Below, in pieces: positions 12,779 to 24,395 of a DNA stretch of 64,000 nucleotides (its first letter is position 1; each line of letters begins with the position of its first letter). The notes under the pieces are model-generated. The model saw only the letters and a program-made list of their open reading frames with translations, was not told the origin of the DNA and searched no databases. Source of the stretch: Porphyridium purpureum (lineage: Eukaryota); contig VRMN01000002.1 in the NCBI GenBank assembly GCA_008690995.1, positions 2,294,001 through 2,358,000 on the forward strand. Reading direction: 5' to 3'. A program made the position numbers and the translations under genes.

Positions 12779-13149
12779 GATGCATCGACTGGGTCGACCA
12801 CGCACCCGTGCGCTCCAAACCTGACCGGAAAACGATCACGGCGTGCATGCACGACGCGCTCACGTGCTCTGCACAACACACAACAACGCACTGTGCGCGT
12901 GACCACCACTTCCCGCTGCTAGCGAGGCGCGACCAAAACGGATAGGGTACAATGCATGTTACCATGGTTTAGTTGTAAAATGATCTGTTTTACTATAAAA
13001 AGGATAAAGGTCCGATGAAAGGGGAAGATGCGGGAGGTCAAAACGGATAGGGGACACGGCACGTGTCTGGCCATTACTCGGCGCAAAGGGAATTGGAGTC
13101 GGTTGCGATTTCCGTGCTCGTATGCGCCTCGAAGGTACGCGTAGCTGAA

Positions 13150-13900
13150 AATGTGTTTCGTCAGAGACCCGTACAACTTGGTTGCCACAACCTGGTCCAA
13201 AGTCTCCCGTCCACGTATGATGGCATTTTCGAGCCTAAACACCCTCACAAACCTTGCGCACTACTATTTCGTACAAGTTCTCGATGATGTCAAAATTTGG
13301 CGAGCATGCTGGCCCGTGTGAAAGCTGCATATTCTCACCTTTTGCGGAGCATTTCAAAACGCGACGTGTGTGCACCGCCAAGTTATCTGCTTAAAACCCC
13401 ATATTCAGGTCGGACACTTGACGGTAGCACTCGACCAAACCGTCATCCTGCAGCATGGGAATAGATTTGGGAGCTGAAAATGTCCCCTCAATGAAACGAA
13501 GATATACCTTTTCTCTCGGAAAAATTGCGCCCCAGACCACGCATCCGCCGCCGCAAAGAATGTCGCGACAAAACATCTGGAACGTGTTCTGACCGCTCAA
13601 GCCACGTCTTTGGAAACCATGTGGCCCGTCCAGGCTCCACGCTTCCATCCTCAGACAGACACACTTCACGGCTCCTGCATGTGTCCGGCTGGTACCTCTG
13701 TATGTTATAGAGCCGTGACTCGAACGCACCTGGTAGGTTTTCTCGGCGACCCACTCTTCACCCGCTTGTCGACGCTCCAACCTCTATTTCCACTCACGAC
13801 AAACACTCTTCGCCTAACTTAAACTATCGCAGCCGCCGCAGACGTTTCTGAGATGTCATGCTTGTACGATTCTCCCATGCTGTCACGTCTCTGACTAGTG
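13150..13900 (-). mobile_element. Degenerate Tc1/mariner transposase remnant
   Basis: Frame-broken motifs WSLDGPHG, GGGCVVWGAI, F*ADNLAVH (FQQDN..H) and PACSPNFDIIEN (P.SPDLNPIEN). Boundaries are approximate. Confidence 0.8.
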
Positions 13901-14603
13901 TTGGCTGGATACGGTGTACCTAGCTCGCGCACACAGCATAACACTGTATCCATTATCCGTACCCTATCATTCAGTGAGAGATGTTCTGCGTCTGAAAGTG
14001 GTGCTCGAACTTTAAAGCAGAGAAGATTTAGACGAGCTTTCCAAGTTTCCTTTTTGGTCTCTTAATTTCTTTGCTTGACTCAACCTGAAGCCGCTACACG
14101 GTCCTGTACCCGGGTGCCCTAACTGTCTTGGCCTGTGCGGGCTTTCATCACTGTCGTGATCTTGCTGGGAGTACGCGACCTGGGCTCCTCTTTGCTCCTC
14201 CGTCTCCCACGCCCCTTAGCGCGCAGAGCCCTGCGTTTATTGTAAGTCAGTCATGGATAGCCCATCTGGCGTGTGTTTGTCTCACCTGCGTGCCTTTGTA
14301 ACCGGGAATATCCACTTCCGTGCAACCTGCAAATGCACCAACCCCACCCAACTTTGACCGGATTTTCCAAACGCGCGGGGCGAACGTCACATGCGTCTTT
14401 CACCCACGCGCCATTTGCGCGCGCTTTTTTGTGCGCTCACGCACTCGAGTGCGTCCTTTTCTGGTAGATGAAAAGAGGGTGGTAGGGCGATAGGGAACGG
14501 GGGAAAAGGAGTGGGAGCGTACGAGCTTGTGAGCGATTAGCGGGCGGATTTCCGGAGCGACCGGTTCGACAGTTTCGAGTGCGGTGTCCGGAAGGAGTTC
14601 AGC

Positions 14604-15041
14604 ATGGTCAAAACCAAGAGCACAGAGGGCGTGTCGGCTCCGTCGAACCCGGTCAAGGGCGGCGTGGCGAAGATGAAGAAATCGCCGAGGAAGACACCCG
14701 TCAAGAGCAAGAAGTTCGCGACAGACCCGGCTTTGGAGCACGAGGGAAGGGAAGTGGTCCTGGCGCGCCTTTCCAAAGCCCACAGCAGCACTTCTGCGTT
14801 TTGGCCGGCGCTCAAAATCACCGAAAGCAGTGGTATGCCGGTAAAGTTTGCAAAGGAACGCGCCGCGCGCGAGGCAAGTGCGTTCGTGCTCGTCAGGTGG
14901 CTTGGATATAGGCCCACGTCGTACAGCTGGCTGAAGGAACAGGACATTGTCTCGTACAAGGATAACATTCAAAAGTATATGAAGAAGAGCAAGGTGTACC
15001 AGAAGAGCGTTGAAGAGGCGGATGCGATCTTGGCGATGTAG
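14604..15041 (+). CDS. Small PWWP-domain chromatin protein
   Basis: Lys-rich N-terminus; VVLARL...AFWPA...VLVRWLG..SYSWLKEQDIVSY..YQKSVEEA fits the PWWP fold. Confidence 0.8.
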   Translation: MVKTKSTEGVSAPSNPVKGGVAKMKKSPRKTPVKSKKFATDPALEHEGREVVLARLSKAHSSTSAFWPALKITESSGMPVKFAKERAAREASAFVLVRWLGYRPTSYSWLKEQDIVSYKDNIQKYMKKSKVYQKSVEEADAILAM

Positions 15042-15464
15042 TATTTCCCTTCGGTCGCTCTCTTTCTTTGAGCACAGTCTATCCGCAGGAAGTGCTTGAC
15101 GTGCGGGATTGCCTGGGCGTGCGTGCCTGAATGCGTTCACCCGCAGTGAGCGCGGCCCTTTGCTGGGACGCCGCACTGCGTCCTTGGTGCCGTGTGGAGA
15201 AGGTATTAGGGCAAAGCTGGATGCCAGCCTTGCTGCTGGTTAGTTTGCTTCCTTCTGTTCTTGCTTTATATTTCAGTCCCCGAATTAAAGAAAAAAAATT
15301 AAAAGAAAAAGTAATATGATCGTGACTTCCCAGTGCTCGGTGCGACGGCATCTGGACAAAAGTCTCCGCGCCGAGACACATCAAGACGCATCATACAATA
15401 AAGATCCTGCAACTATCTCAACCAATGTCTAAAATGGAAATCTTCACATGGGCGTCTGCTCGCG

Positions 15465-16175
15465 CTAATCAGGGCACATGATGCTTTCGCGCGTGTCGAC
15501 GCCCGTTTGCTTGTTGGTGCCAGATACGTCAGGCCGGGCACAGAGCCTTGAAAGCAGCGTCTGCGGGAAGAGCGCCTCGGACAGATCCGCGCCGGTGAAT
15601 GATTCTGCCTCTAGCATCGAGTCTGAAAAGTACGCACTTGACAGGTCGGCGCCGTTGAACGAAGCACCTTTCAGCTGGGCGCCCTCAAGTGACGCGCCGG
15701 CCATTTTGGCGCCGTTAAAGTCGGCGTCCCTCAAATTGGCCTTGAAGAAGCGCGCGCCACGCAAGTCGCTATTTTTGAAAATTGTTCCCACACAGATCGA
15801 ACCGGACCAATCCTTTCCCACAAAGCTCCCACCGGTGAAATCCTTGCCGCTCCAGTCCCCGCTCGCATACTCCTTGCCACCTCCCGAGATCGCGAGCGCA
15901 CTGATGCTCCCGGCGCCCAGCGTGGCTGCCACAACCGCGACACAGACCACCACCTTCCACTTGGCATCATGTGCAGCCATTCTCAGCCCGGCTGCCGCGA
16001 CCGCATCATCCTTCTCCACGCGACGCGTCGTTCGGAGCGACGCACGACCAAACGCCTTGATGTTTCTCCACTGCGCAGAGACCGCTATGGACGTGCAAAG
16101 CCGTCGCGACACGCGCGCATCTCGCAGCTCCGCGTGCGCGGGCACTGCGCCACCCACGAACGCCAGCGCCGTCAT
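15465..16175 (-). CDS. Thylakoid lumenal pentapeptide-repeat protein
   Basis: Presequence MTALAFVG, a hydrophobic signal ending ALA, A(D/N)LxX repeats, and C-terminal LC...GTN..TGVDTRESIMCP. Confidence 0.9.
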   Translation of the reverse strand: MTALAFVGGAVPAHAELRDARVSRRLCTSIAVSAQWRNIKAFGRASLRTTRRVEKDDAVAAAGLRMAAHDAKWKVVVCVAVVAATLGAGSISALAISGGGKEYASGDWSGKDFTGGSFVGKDWSGSICVGTIFKNSDLRGARFFKANLRDADFNGAKMAGASLEGAQLKGASFNGADLSSAYFSDSMLEAESFTGADLSEALFPQTLLSRLCARPDVSGTNKQTGVDTRESIMCPD

Positions 16176-16594
16176 GCCCACGCCAAGAAACGTCGCGCGC
16201 GCACGCACAACTCGACATCCAGCCGCTCTTCCCTTGCACCTGCGACACAAAATCTCCTGCGCACTGTACCCTACTCCTCAAGTGTACCTTACTGGAGGTT
16301 CAGTTTCGCTGAACCCGAGTCATTTTCACTGTACCCCCAAATCATCTAGGGTTTCTTTTTTTGGCACTTCAAGGCGAGTGGGAAGAAGGCGAGTGGGAAG
16401 AAGGCGAGCGTGTGTGCGTGGAGCCGCGGCGTGGACGTGACGAGACGCGGCGCGCTGCATCGGGCCCGCGCGCACGGCCACGCGTTTGCGGGGAGCGCGG
16501 CGTATCGAGTCGATGGCAGTGTCCGATGCTTTGCTGCACGGGGAGCGCACGAGCCGGGAGGAGCATTGCGCCGCGGTAGACTGTGCCAGTCAAG

Positions 16595-19579
16595 ATGCAG
16601 GACAAGGTTTCAAGTAGGACCCCAGATGTAGCGAGTGTGAGCGCAAATGGACCGCGACTATCGCTCGATGTGGTTTCGGCTCCGCAGCCGGAACTATCGG
16701 GCTCTGTGTCCACACCAGCCCCGGGGCAAAGTCGGGCTCTTCAGCAGCAGTGTGAAGCATCGCCGCAGCTCCGCGGGCTGCGCAAATTTTCGTCCACCGA
16801 AATGGAAAACTTTGGCGACTCGCGTCTTACCTTGTCGCTTCGCCACGCAGCTTCTGCGCGGGACGCGCCACCTGTACCATTACCCCAAGAGGATGAGAAT
16901 GGTGGCGAGGTGATTGCTGCCTTCGCTGGAAAGGACGCTAGTAACACGCCGACGTCATCTTCGCAGCACGAGCCAGCCGATTCTGAAACTTTTGCGCCAG
17001 ATGAGCATGACGTCGAGGCCGGACCATTCGACCAACAGCTCGATGTCGCTGCTTCGCACAGGTCAATCCCGACCCGAACATTGAGTTCGCCAGCCGCCGA
17101 AACAGTTCTACCCGGACGGAGACAGAAGCACAAAGAGACTGCACATAGTAGATCAACTCAAGCACCAAAACCTAGTGGTGGAAATTTATTCGCGTATCTG
17201 TTTGGAGGAGGCAATCATCAGGCAGGTGCATCTTTGTCGAATCCGTTCGCGTCGGCGACCGACACGTGGACCAGCATGACTGGTCTGCCTTCGCCACCGC
17301 CACCTGTTCCGGCATGTGCACAGACGAGCATGGACATGCGCATACTGAAGCAGCTTCGGGACAAGTTTGCTTCATCTGTGGACGATGACTACGCGAAGAT
17401 ATGCGCGGCCTTCCGGGTTCCGGGCTATTTCCTCACACATCACGTGCACTCTCCAGGTGGCAGCGCTGGCAGCATGGGCATCACCAGCAGTAGCAAGGCA
17501 TCAAAACACGCACAAGCACAGGCCCAAATCCAGCTTGGCCGTGAGAATGCAGATGCTTTCGGTGCTGCGGAGCCCAACATGAATGCCTTTTCCGAGTTTG
17601 CGACGCCCAGTTCGATTGCTTTGAAAATGCTCAAAGTAAACGGCGGACGCATCATCAGTGCAGGCCTGATACCAGCCACCGATGATCTGGTACTGCTCTC
17701 GGAGTCTTCCATCGAGGCCTTTTCATCTCGGGATGGGCGCAAAATCTTGGACGTGCGCATGCTTTTGCCACCCGACGAGACCCATTTTGCGCTGGCCGTG
17801 ACGGGTAGCGTGTTGCCATGGCGTAGCAGCACAGAGCAGCTGCAGATGCGATATTTGCGTGCTACGCATGGCTGTGTGGATGCTGCCCGCATGCAAGTCG
17901 TGGCTTGCTCAGAGGACGGACTCCTTTGCATGTACAGCTTGCATAGCGGGCGCATGGGTGACCTGCTTCGCTTTTCGCGTCTCGCCGAGCACCGCAGCGA
18001 GACGATTGTGAGCGTCCAGCTAGTGGTGGAACACAGTGAACTGGTATGCTTGAGCGCTCGCGGTGCGGTATGGGTGCTCGACGCGCAAGATCTTCTCGTG
18101 CGGAACAAGGCGCAATGCCTGGTCACGCGGGAGGATGTGCCCGCGATGATTTTCGCTGAGGATTTAGGTGCGCCGAGCATCACGTGTGCATATACCATCA
18201 TAGACAGTAGTCGCGCATCGAAGCAAGCCGAAGAAGGAGACGACGCATCAGAATTGCGTGGAGACGACGCATCAGAATTGTGTGGAGACGACGCATCAGC
18301 TAGAGACGAAGCTGACCGGAAGCGGCTTACGGTCTACCTCGGGCTGTCTGATGGCAGCCTGACCAGGCTTTGGCCGATGTGCTCGGACATCACAGCTGAG
18401 GAGCTGGACGTAGGCGTGCATGAGCGCAGTGTGCATGAGACGCAGGTGCTTGCTGACGGCCGATTCGCAGTCACGATCTGTTCGCGACCATTTCAGGATG
18501 TGCTCGTCGTGACGGACTGCGAGTCAGGTGTATGTGTATCGCGCAGCCGTTTCCCCTTTTCCTTGTCATGTGTGCGAAGCATAGCGGACCCCAACCACTC
18601 GGGCGGAATCGATGCGGTCGCTGCGCACAATGTGCTGGTTGGAGGCGAGCGTGGAGAGTTGATGCTCTGTCGCCTGGTACTTGCACCGGTGCGCGAGCTA
18701 GTACACGTGCGCGTGTTGCTGAATTTTACCGATGCACGAAAACTTCACGCGAGCTACGAGGTGGTCGATCTGTTATATGTGTACGAACGACGATTGCTGG
18801 TCAGTGCGCATGCCGACGGCACTGTGCGCCGTTGGTGGCTGTGCAAGCCGGATGCGGCTCTCTTTTCGCACGTGACGCCTTTTGCTTTCACAGGATGCGA
18901 AGGGGAGGCGCTCAAGCTGGCTCACGAGGTGCTAGCCCAGCGCGACGGACGCGCCTGGCTCTCCCAGATGCCGAACACTCGCGTTGGTACCCATGCTGGC
19001 GTCGTGCGGCTTCAGGAGACTCTGGGCGTGCTCTTTGAGGGGAGTGTGGGGCTTTCGGACGCAGACAAGGACATGCTGATTCGACTCCTGCAGAGCGCGC
19101 AGCTTGATGCGCAGAACTTTTGCTCTCTCGCAGACAGTGCTCTATTGCAAGCGTTGTCAGACGCACAGAAGAATCATTTTGCGCCCCAGACAGCAGCACG
19201 GCAGATTCGGCGTGGTCATCAAGATCGCGCAGTTCGCTACCGTGATGCAGTCTTTGTCATTGAGTATGCACGTTTGAAGCACACGACCAGCGTCGCGACA
19301 GCTTTTCTACGGCTGCAGGAGTACGTACTGAAGCTTATGGAGCACTGCTTGGCGCAGCATAGGGCACCTGTCGTGACTGGAAATGAGCGCATCGGTCGAC
19401 GCATTGATGAGGAGGAGGGTGGTGATGGTGGCTCGGCCAGCATGAAGGGCTCGGACCTACCGGCATCCGAGGTAGAAAAAGAGCCGGGCACGGCACGTGC
19501 CGCGTACTCTGCGGCGTCTGTGCGCGATGCTCGCGAGTTGGTGAGATGTGAGTTGAGCGAGCTCGATTTGGACCGCTGA
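16595..19579 (+). CDS. Hypothetical protein with WD40/beta-propeller-like repeats
   Basis: ~995-aa ORF with blade-like motifs (VVACSEDGLLCMY, YLGLSDGSLTRLW, LVSAHADGTVRRW). Confidence 0.7.
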   Translation: MQDKVSSRTPDVASVSANGPRLSLDVVSAPQPELSGSVSTPAPGQSRALQQQCEASPQLRGLRKFSSTEMENFGDSRLTLSLRHAASARDAPPVPLPQEDENGGEVIAAFAGKDASNTPTSSSQHEPADSETFAPDEHDVEAGPFDQQLDVAASHRSIPTRTLSSPAAETVLPGRRQKHKETAHSRSTQAPKPSGGNLFAYLFGGGNHQAGASLSNPFASATDTWTSMTGLPSPPPPVPACAQTSMDMRILKQLRDKFASSVDDDYAKICAAFRVPGYFLTHHVHSPGGSAGSMGITSSSKASKHAQAQAQIQLGRENADAFGAAEPNMNAFSEFATPSSIALKMLKVNGGRIISAGLIPATDDLVLLSESSIEAFSSRDGRKILDVRMLLPPDETHFALAVTGSVLPWRSSTEQLQMRYLRATHGCVDAARMQVVACSEDGLLCMYSLHSGRMGDLLRFSRLAEHRSETIVSVQLVVEHSELVCLSARGAVWVLDAQDLLVRNKAQCLVTREDVPAMIFAEDLGAPSITCAYTIIDSSRASKQAEEGDDASELRGDDASELCGDDASARDEADRKRLTVYLGLSDGSLTRLWPMCSDITAEELDVGVHERSVHETQVLADGRFAVTICSRPFQDVLVVTDCESGVCVSRSRFPFSLSCVRSIADPNHSGGIDAVAAHNVLVGGERGELMLCRLVLAPVRELVHVRVLLNFTDARKLHASYEVVDLLYVYERRLLVSAHADGTVRRWWLCKPDAALFSHVTPFAFTGCEGEALKLAHEVLAQRDGRAWLSQMPNTRVGTHAGVVRLQETLGVLFEGSVGLSDADKDMLIRLLQSAQLDAQNFCSLADSALLQALSDAQKNHFAPQTAARQIRRGHQDRAVRYRDAVFVIEYARLKHTTSVATAFLRLQEYVLKLMEHCLAQHRAPVVTGNERIGRRIDEEEGGDGGSASMKGSDLPASEVEKEPGTARAAYSAASVRDARELVRCELSELDLDR
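18236..18300 (+). repeat. 24-bp coding tandem repeat (GDDASEL[R/C]) x ~2.7
   Basis: ggagacgacgcatcagaattg(c/t)gt repeated. Confidence 0.9.
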
Positions 19580-19955
19580 CTCGCAATATAATGCTCTTCG
19601 GGTGGCGCGCGCGGACGAACAGTATATGGTGCGCCTGCACGTGTGTGCATTAGATAGCATTTGTAAGATCGCATATTGTTCTGGGCTTTGGAGACGGAGT
19701 TGCAATGGTAAAAGTGCGATACCCCGAACTATGATTCCAGATTTGCTGTGGCGCAGCAGACTTCCAGCAAAACGGGTTGCGCTCTCAATCGCAAGAGAAA
19801 GAGAGGCGTCATCTCAAAGTTGGTGCAGCAGAACGCTGCGACCAACCTGCATTCGCAATGAAACGACTCGCAACCGACCTTCGTCCATCATTATCGAGAA
19901 GAAAAACTGATGCGTTGCCATATCCTTGCATACTGCGCACAAACCTCAAGTGCTA

Positions 19956-22319
19956 TCAGGAGACCAGAGTTGGTTTCTCTATTTGACTAGCCAACCACGC
20001 GTCGACATTTTGCTCCAAGATGTCCAGCGGAACGGCGCCGTGGCGCAGGACCACGTGGTGAAACTCGCACCACGAAAATGCCGGCCCGAGTTGCTGCTGT
20101 GCCTTGTCCTTTAGCGAGCGAAACTTCAGCTCACCTAGCTTGTTGGCGCACGCCTGGCCAGGTAAGATCAAGTATCGGTCGAGCTCTGCATCAATCTCAG
20201 CTTCCGGGAGCACGGCCACATCGCGCAAAAAGCGAGCAGCTTGCTTGCGCGACCAGCCAAAATGGTGGATGCCCGTGTCGGTTACCAGACGTGCAGCTCG
20301 CCAGATTTCCGCCAACAAGCGGCCAAGCCGTTCCAGTGGCGTAGAGTACATGCCCATCTCCTCTCCTAGGTACTCGGCGTACAAACCCCAGCCTTCTAGA
20401 AACCCGAGCGTGAAGCCCTGAGATTGCCGTCGGACGCGAGGCAGGAACAGTTCAGAGTACACCTCGGTGGCGGCGCGCCTTTCATTCGCGTCATACACCT
20501 CTTTGCCAATTTCACCGCCACAACTCTTGATGTAGGCCATTTGCGTGTGATGGCCGGGAATGCCTTCGTGCAGAGCCACCACGGGCATCATGTACAACGG
20601 CCGCGTTCCAGGCTTAGACGTGTTTGCATAAAAAATGGCTGCATGGTTGATCTTTGAATGTCTGCTGCTATTGCTTCGCCGGAGCACAGCCTTCCCGGGC
20701 GATAGGGTTGATAACGCCGAACCATGATCCAATTCGGCTTGTTGGTTGCTGTTTTCGCTGATGTCACTGCTGGTCTTGTCGTCCTCGTGAACATAATCAT
20801 CACCCGGGAAGTAGTGCGCAGGCGGTGCCGAATCTTCCCGAAACGGTTCAATCGGCTTCACAATAAGCTCGTGCTCCGCAGCAGATGGAAAGAAAAATTC
20901 ATCCACCATTTTTGCGCGCGCGTTTTCTAATATGTGTTCGTAAGTCGAAATGATTTGCTGCGCATCCCGTGGGAAAAGGGCCGGCTTGGCGTCCAGGTAA
21001 CCAATCACCTCGATCAACGACGCGTCGCGCGCAATCTTGCCGGCAAAGTCGCGTTCTTGCGAAAGTTCTTCAATCGCAAGCTTGATTTCCTCATTGATGC
21101 GTGCGACTTCCTTGTAGCCAAGCGCGTGCACCTCGGCTGGATCCAGTGCCTCTTGACCTGCATCGGATCGGGCGCTGGCGTTCCGATTCGGCGAAGCGCC
21201 GGAAAGCGAAGAGAAGTAAGCGAGGGCCGATGCGTACGTACTTGTGCTCTTGCTGCCGTCTTGGCCTGTCGCGGTGGAGTAATTCAGCGGACTTTGATTT
21301 TTCTTGCCTTGCGCGTGGGGCAGGTACTCAAACTCGAAAAACGATGCGAGCCGTGCATAAGCGGGGCATACGTCCACCAGAAGCGTGGATTCGAGCGCTT
21401 CAATATCGACACCTAGGCGCTCAAAGTGAGGCGCGGCGGTGCGGAAAACAGAAACATCATGCACACTTCCCCGCGCACGGACCTGCATTCCTTGACACTG
21501 CTGAATGATCTGCTCGACCGAGCGCAAGGGAAGCACGACGGTGTTTGCAATGCCCGCGCGGCACGCCGCGATGATCTGCTCGGCCTGTGTCGGAAATGCG
21601 CGTAAGCGCCGAAGAAAGGCGTTCGCGTCGCCTTCACTGCGCCAGGGATGGAATGATGCGCTCTGTATGAGCATCAGATGCGGGCCAAACAGATGGTTGG
21701 TCGCCAGTTCATAGCGGTCAAAGGAGCGCTTGGCCAGCAGTTCGAGGCGAACCATGCGTGCCAGGAAAGCATAGTTGACGGATTGCTGTGGAATGTGCTG
21801 CAAATCCCTGGCATCAATTTCAGTGGACAAGAGATGCAGCAGTTCGCGCAGCGCGTCTATGTAGGCATCCCGTCCTTTTCGACTCACATCCGCAACAAAC
21901 GCATTGAAGCGATAGTCACCGACCATGGTCGCAACCAGGGGGTCGTCCGCCATACAGACATCCCACAGAATGGCGTACAATTTCCACAGCTTGACAGTTG
22001 CATTCCGCTGCTTCCGTATCCGGCCGTCATCTTCGTCACCCACTGAGCTCCGATCAAGCGCCTCAAGCACGTGGCGCAACGTGGGTTCTTGAGCACACCA
22101 TGCGTCCTCCGAGAGTGACGAGAAGAATGCGCGGCGGACAAATCGCCTCGACACAAACTCATGCGGGTCGTCGACACACCCGTTCTTCAGCTGCTCAATC
22201 TCCTTGTGCGCTGCGGATGCGTTATGTGATCGCGCCCTACTCACACGGCGAAAAAAAAGCGCAATGCCCGCTGCGGCAGCGACCGCCGATGCCGCCGCAA
22301 GTACGGAGCGCACGGGCAT
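19956..22319 (-). CDS. DUF885-family protein (bacterial-type putative metallopeptidase) with N-terminal membrane anchor
   Basis: ALHEGIPGHHTQ, EGWGLYAEYLG, WRAARLVTDTGIH, ELDRY..PGQACA.K.G, FHHVVL..GAVPL. Confidence 0.9.
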   Translation of the reverse strand: MPVRSVLAAASAVAAAAGIALFFRRVSRARSHNASAAHKEIEQLKNGCVDDPHEFVSRRFVRRAFFSSLSEDAWCAQEPTLRHVLEALDRSSVGDEDDGRIRKQRNATVKLWKLYAILWDVCMADDPLVATMVGDYRFNAFVADVSRKGRDAYIDALRELLHLLSTEIDARDLQHIPQQSVNYAFLARMVRLELLAKRSFDRYELATNHLFGPHLMLIQSASFHPWRSEGDANAFLRRLRAFPTQAEQIIAACRAGIANTVVLPLRSVEQIIQQCQGMQVRARGSVHDVSVFRTAAPHFERLGVDIEALESTLLVDVCPAYARLASFFEFEYLPHAQGKKNQSPLNYSTATGQDGSKSTSTYASALAYFSSLSGASPNRNASARSDAGQEALDPAEVHALGYKEVARINEEIKLAIEELSQERDFAGKIARDASLIEVIGYLDAKPALFPRDAQQIISTYEHILENARAKMVDEFFFPSAAEHELIVKPIEPFREDSAPPAHYFPGDDYVHEDDKTSSDISENSNQQAELDHGSALSTLSPGKAVLRRSNSSRHSKINHAAIFYANTSKPGTRPLYMMPVVALHEGIPGHHTQMAYIKSCGGEIGKEVYDANERRAATEVYSELFLPRVRRQSQGFTLGFLEGWGLYAEYLGEEMGMYSTPLERLGRLLAEIWRAARLVTDTGIHHFGWSRKQAARFLRDVAVLPEAEIDAELDRYLILPGQACANKLGELKFRSLKDKAQQQLGPAFSWCEFHHVVLRHGAVPLDILEQNVDAWLASQIEKPTLVS

Positions 22320-24395
22320 GATTCTGCTGAGCCCGCTGCCCAACCCCTGAGAACAGTGAGAGAAGCGCCGCGCGACGCAGATCAGCAGGTGCAATGGCAG
22401 GGGGTTGAGCCTGATCAAATGCCGCCGCCGATGCAACCACTTTTACCTAGAGATCCTCACGCAAATCCCCGACGCAACAACCACGCTCTTGCCTCCTTCG
22501 GCACGCGCACTTCATAACCCGCGAAGGGCGCGCAAAGTCGAGGAGCGATCTTGCACTGTACCCGCCGAGATTCTAAATTTAGATTGTGCGCAAGCGGCTG
22601 GACGAGGAGGCGGGCGCGCGTTCAAGCCGTGTCAACTGCATGTGTGCGCGGAAGGCGGAGTGGTGACCACGTTGGCCACAGTGGCTTGGAAGATGACGAG
22701 CAAAGAGGCACACACGCGTCGGGCGCGTGCCCACCAGTTCCGCACGAAAATGACGGTCGCCAGAGCCACGCATGAGATCGGCGCGCCTGCTCGAGAGAGA
22801 GCAGTAAATGCGCACGTGACAGCCGTCGTGCGCACGAGCTAGCGGAAAGAATCGACAGAGAACTGCTTGTGTTTGTGTGTCGATCAGTGGAAGAAGATGG
22901 GGTGGTCGTCAGTTTGAAGAAAAGTCTGTTACGAGTGTGAGTCGTCTGTTTTAAGCCCATCATTTTGGGTCATAAGAGTGAACCATGAAGTTGCAAGTGA
23001 AAATTCGTGGGGACGGTCAACTTTCCGGACACAAAAGAAGAGGTCACTTCATATTAAAAATTCGACCTTTCACTGGGAACGTATAACGGCGTGGTTCGGA
23101 GATGCTGGGCTGCAAGAGATTCGTGGCTTAGGACGGAGAACAGGCAGTGCGGGAGAGCTTTATTTTGCGGGCGTCGGCAATTTAAATGAGGTGGATTCGT
23201 CGTATTTCGTGAAGAGCTCCGCTAGGACGCCATGCGACGCAATCGTAGTTTCTCGGATAAGAAAGAAGGTCGCTTTCAGGGCCTTTTGGAGCTGGACAGA
23301 GCGTAAGAGCCATTGCAACCTATTTGGGTACCCCCTACGCGTCCTTTTGTCCTTTTTGGTATGCGTATGAATGATGAGGATAAGGAGCTTCTGTCACTTA
23401 ATTGATAACTGAATGAGTCTTCGCTGTGCCTGAAGAGATACAGCTACCTTCAAGGTAGCCACTTGCTCACCATGAGGGCCTTTCTGTCATCCTCGGTGCA
23501 ATAGCCCGTCCTGCCTCGGCGGGCGTATACAACTTTGCAGTTGAAGAGAGAGAGTCGACTGAATAAGAAGAAGAAGCATTTCAGCAACTTTCTGAGGCCG
23601 CCGAGATAATTTGGCGGCTTGGCTCTGGAGTCCTTAGGGATTGATGATCTGATCTGTCCAGCAGTGAATACCCCTAAATCCGTCAGAATTTAATGGCATG
23701 CTCAAAACGGGTTTCCTGCAGGAGTATCCGTGGCGATATCGAATGCCATGGCTGATACGGCGTTCGAATACGACATGTATATTCTTCTGCAATCACGGCT
23801 CCCTGCGATCTGAATCGGTTTCCGTGCCGTATCATTCGCTTTATCGGCGACCTTACGTAGCGCATGGGCAACAACACACGCGAGAGACCCGGATCATTTC
23901 CGTGACAGAGAACGTACGCATCATGTCGAATGAGTGTGTATCAAATCACCACTTTCTGAAGGTGTACAGTCAGGGATTCACAAAGCGACTCATAAAAAAA
24001 CGCCCCACACGCACGCGCAAGCGGTTTCTGATTATTCGGGACGAGTGACAAAGCACAAAGGTATTCCACTTTCGTCGCGAAAGAGTGGACGTCCTATTTT
24101 CTGCGCGGAACAAATCACGACATCGGTGAAAAGCCGGACATTTCCATTGATAAAAACTGACCCACGCCGATGTGGCCGGTGGGTATTTCGCGAAATGCAG
24201 TGCGCTGTTGCTGGTGCCGGAATGAATACTTAAGACGTTTCGGCGTGCGGATGTTTCGGCAGTGTGGGCAAATCATTCAGATAGGTAGCAGGAAGGCGTC
24301 TCGGTGGTGCCGTTCAAAGTGCAACAGAAAGCGTCTGTGCTGAGCATAGCAGAGCAACCTGCTGGGGCCTTCGCGTTCGAAATATTGTGTTTGCG

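Noticed and set aside
16371..16408. CRISPR-like repeats (also 18236-18300, 34199-34225, 52905-52980)
   Set aside because: Head-to-tail tandem repeats without unique spacers, and no cas genes.
23000..23900. Ty3/gypsy RNase H remnant
   Set aside because: Only faint similarity (HAIKF, FNCKVVY); not enough to call.
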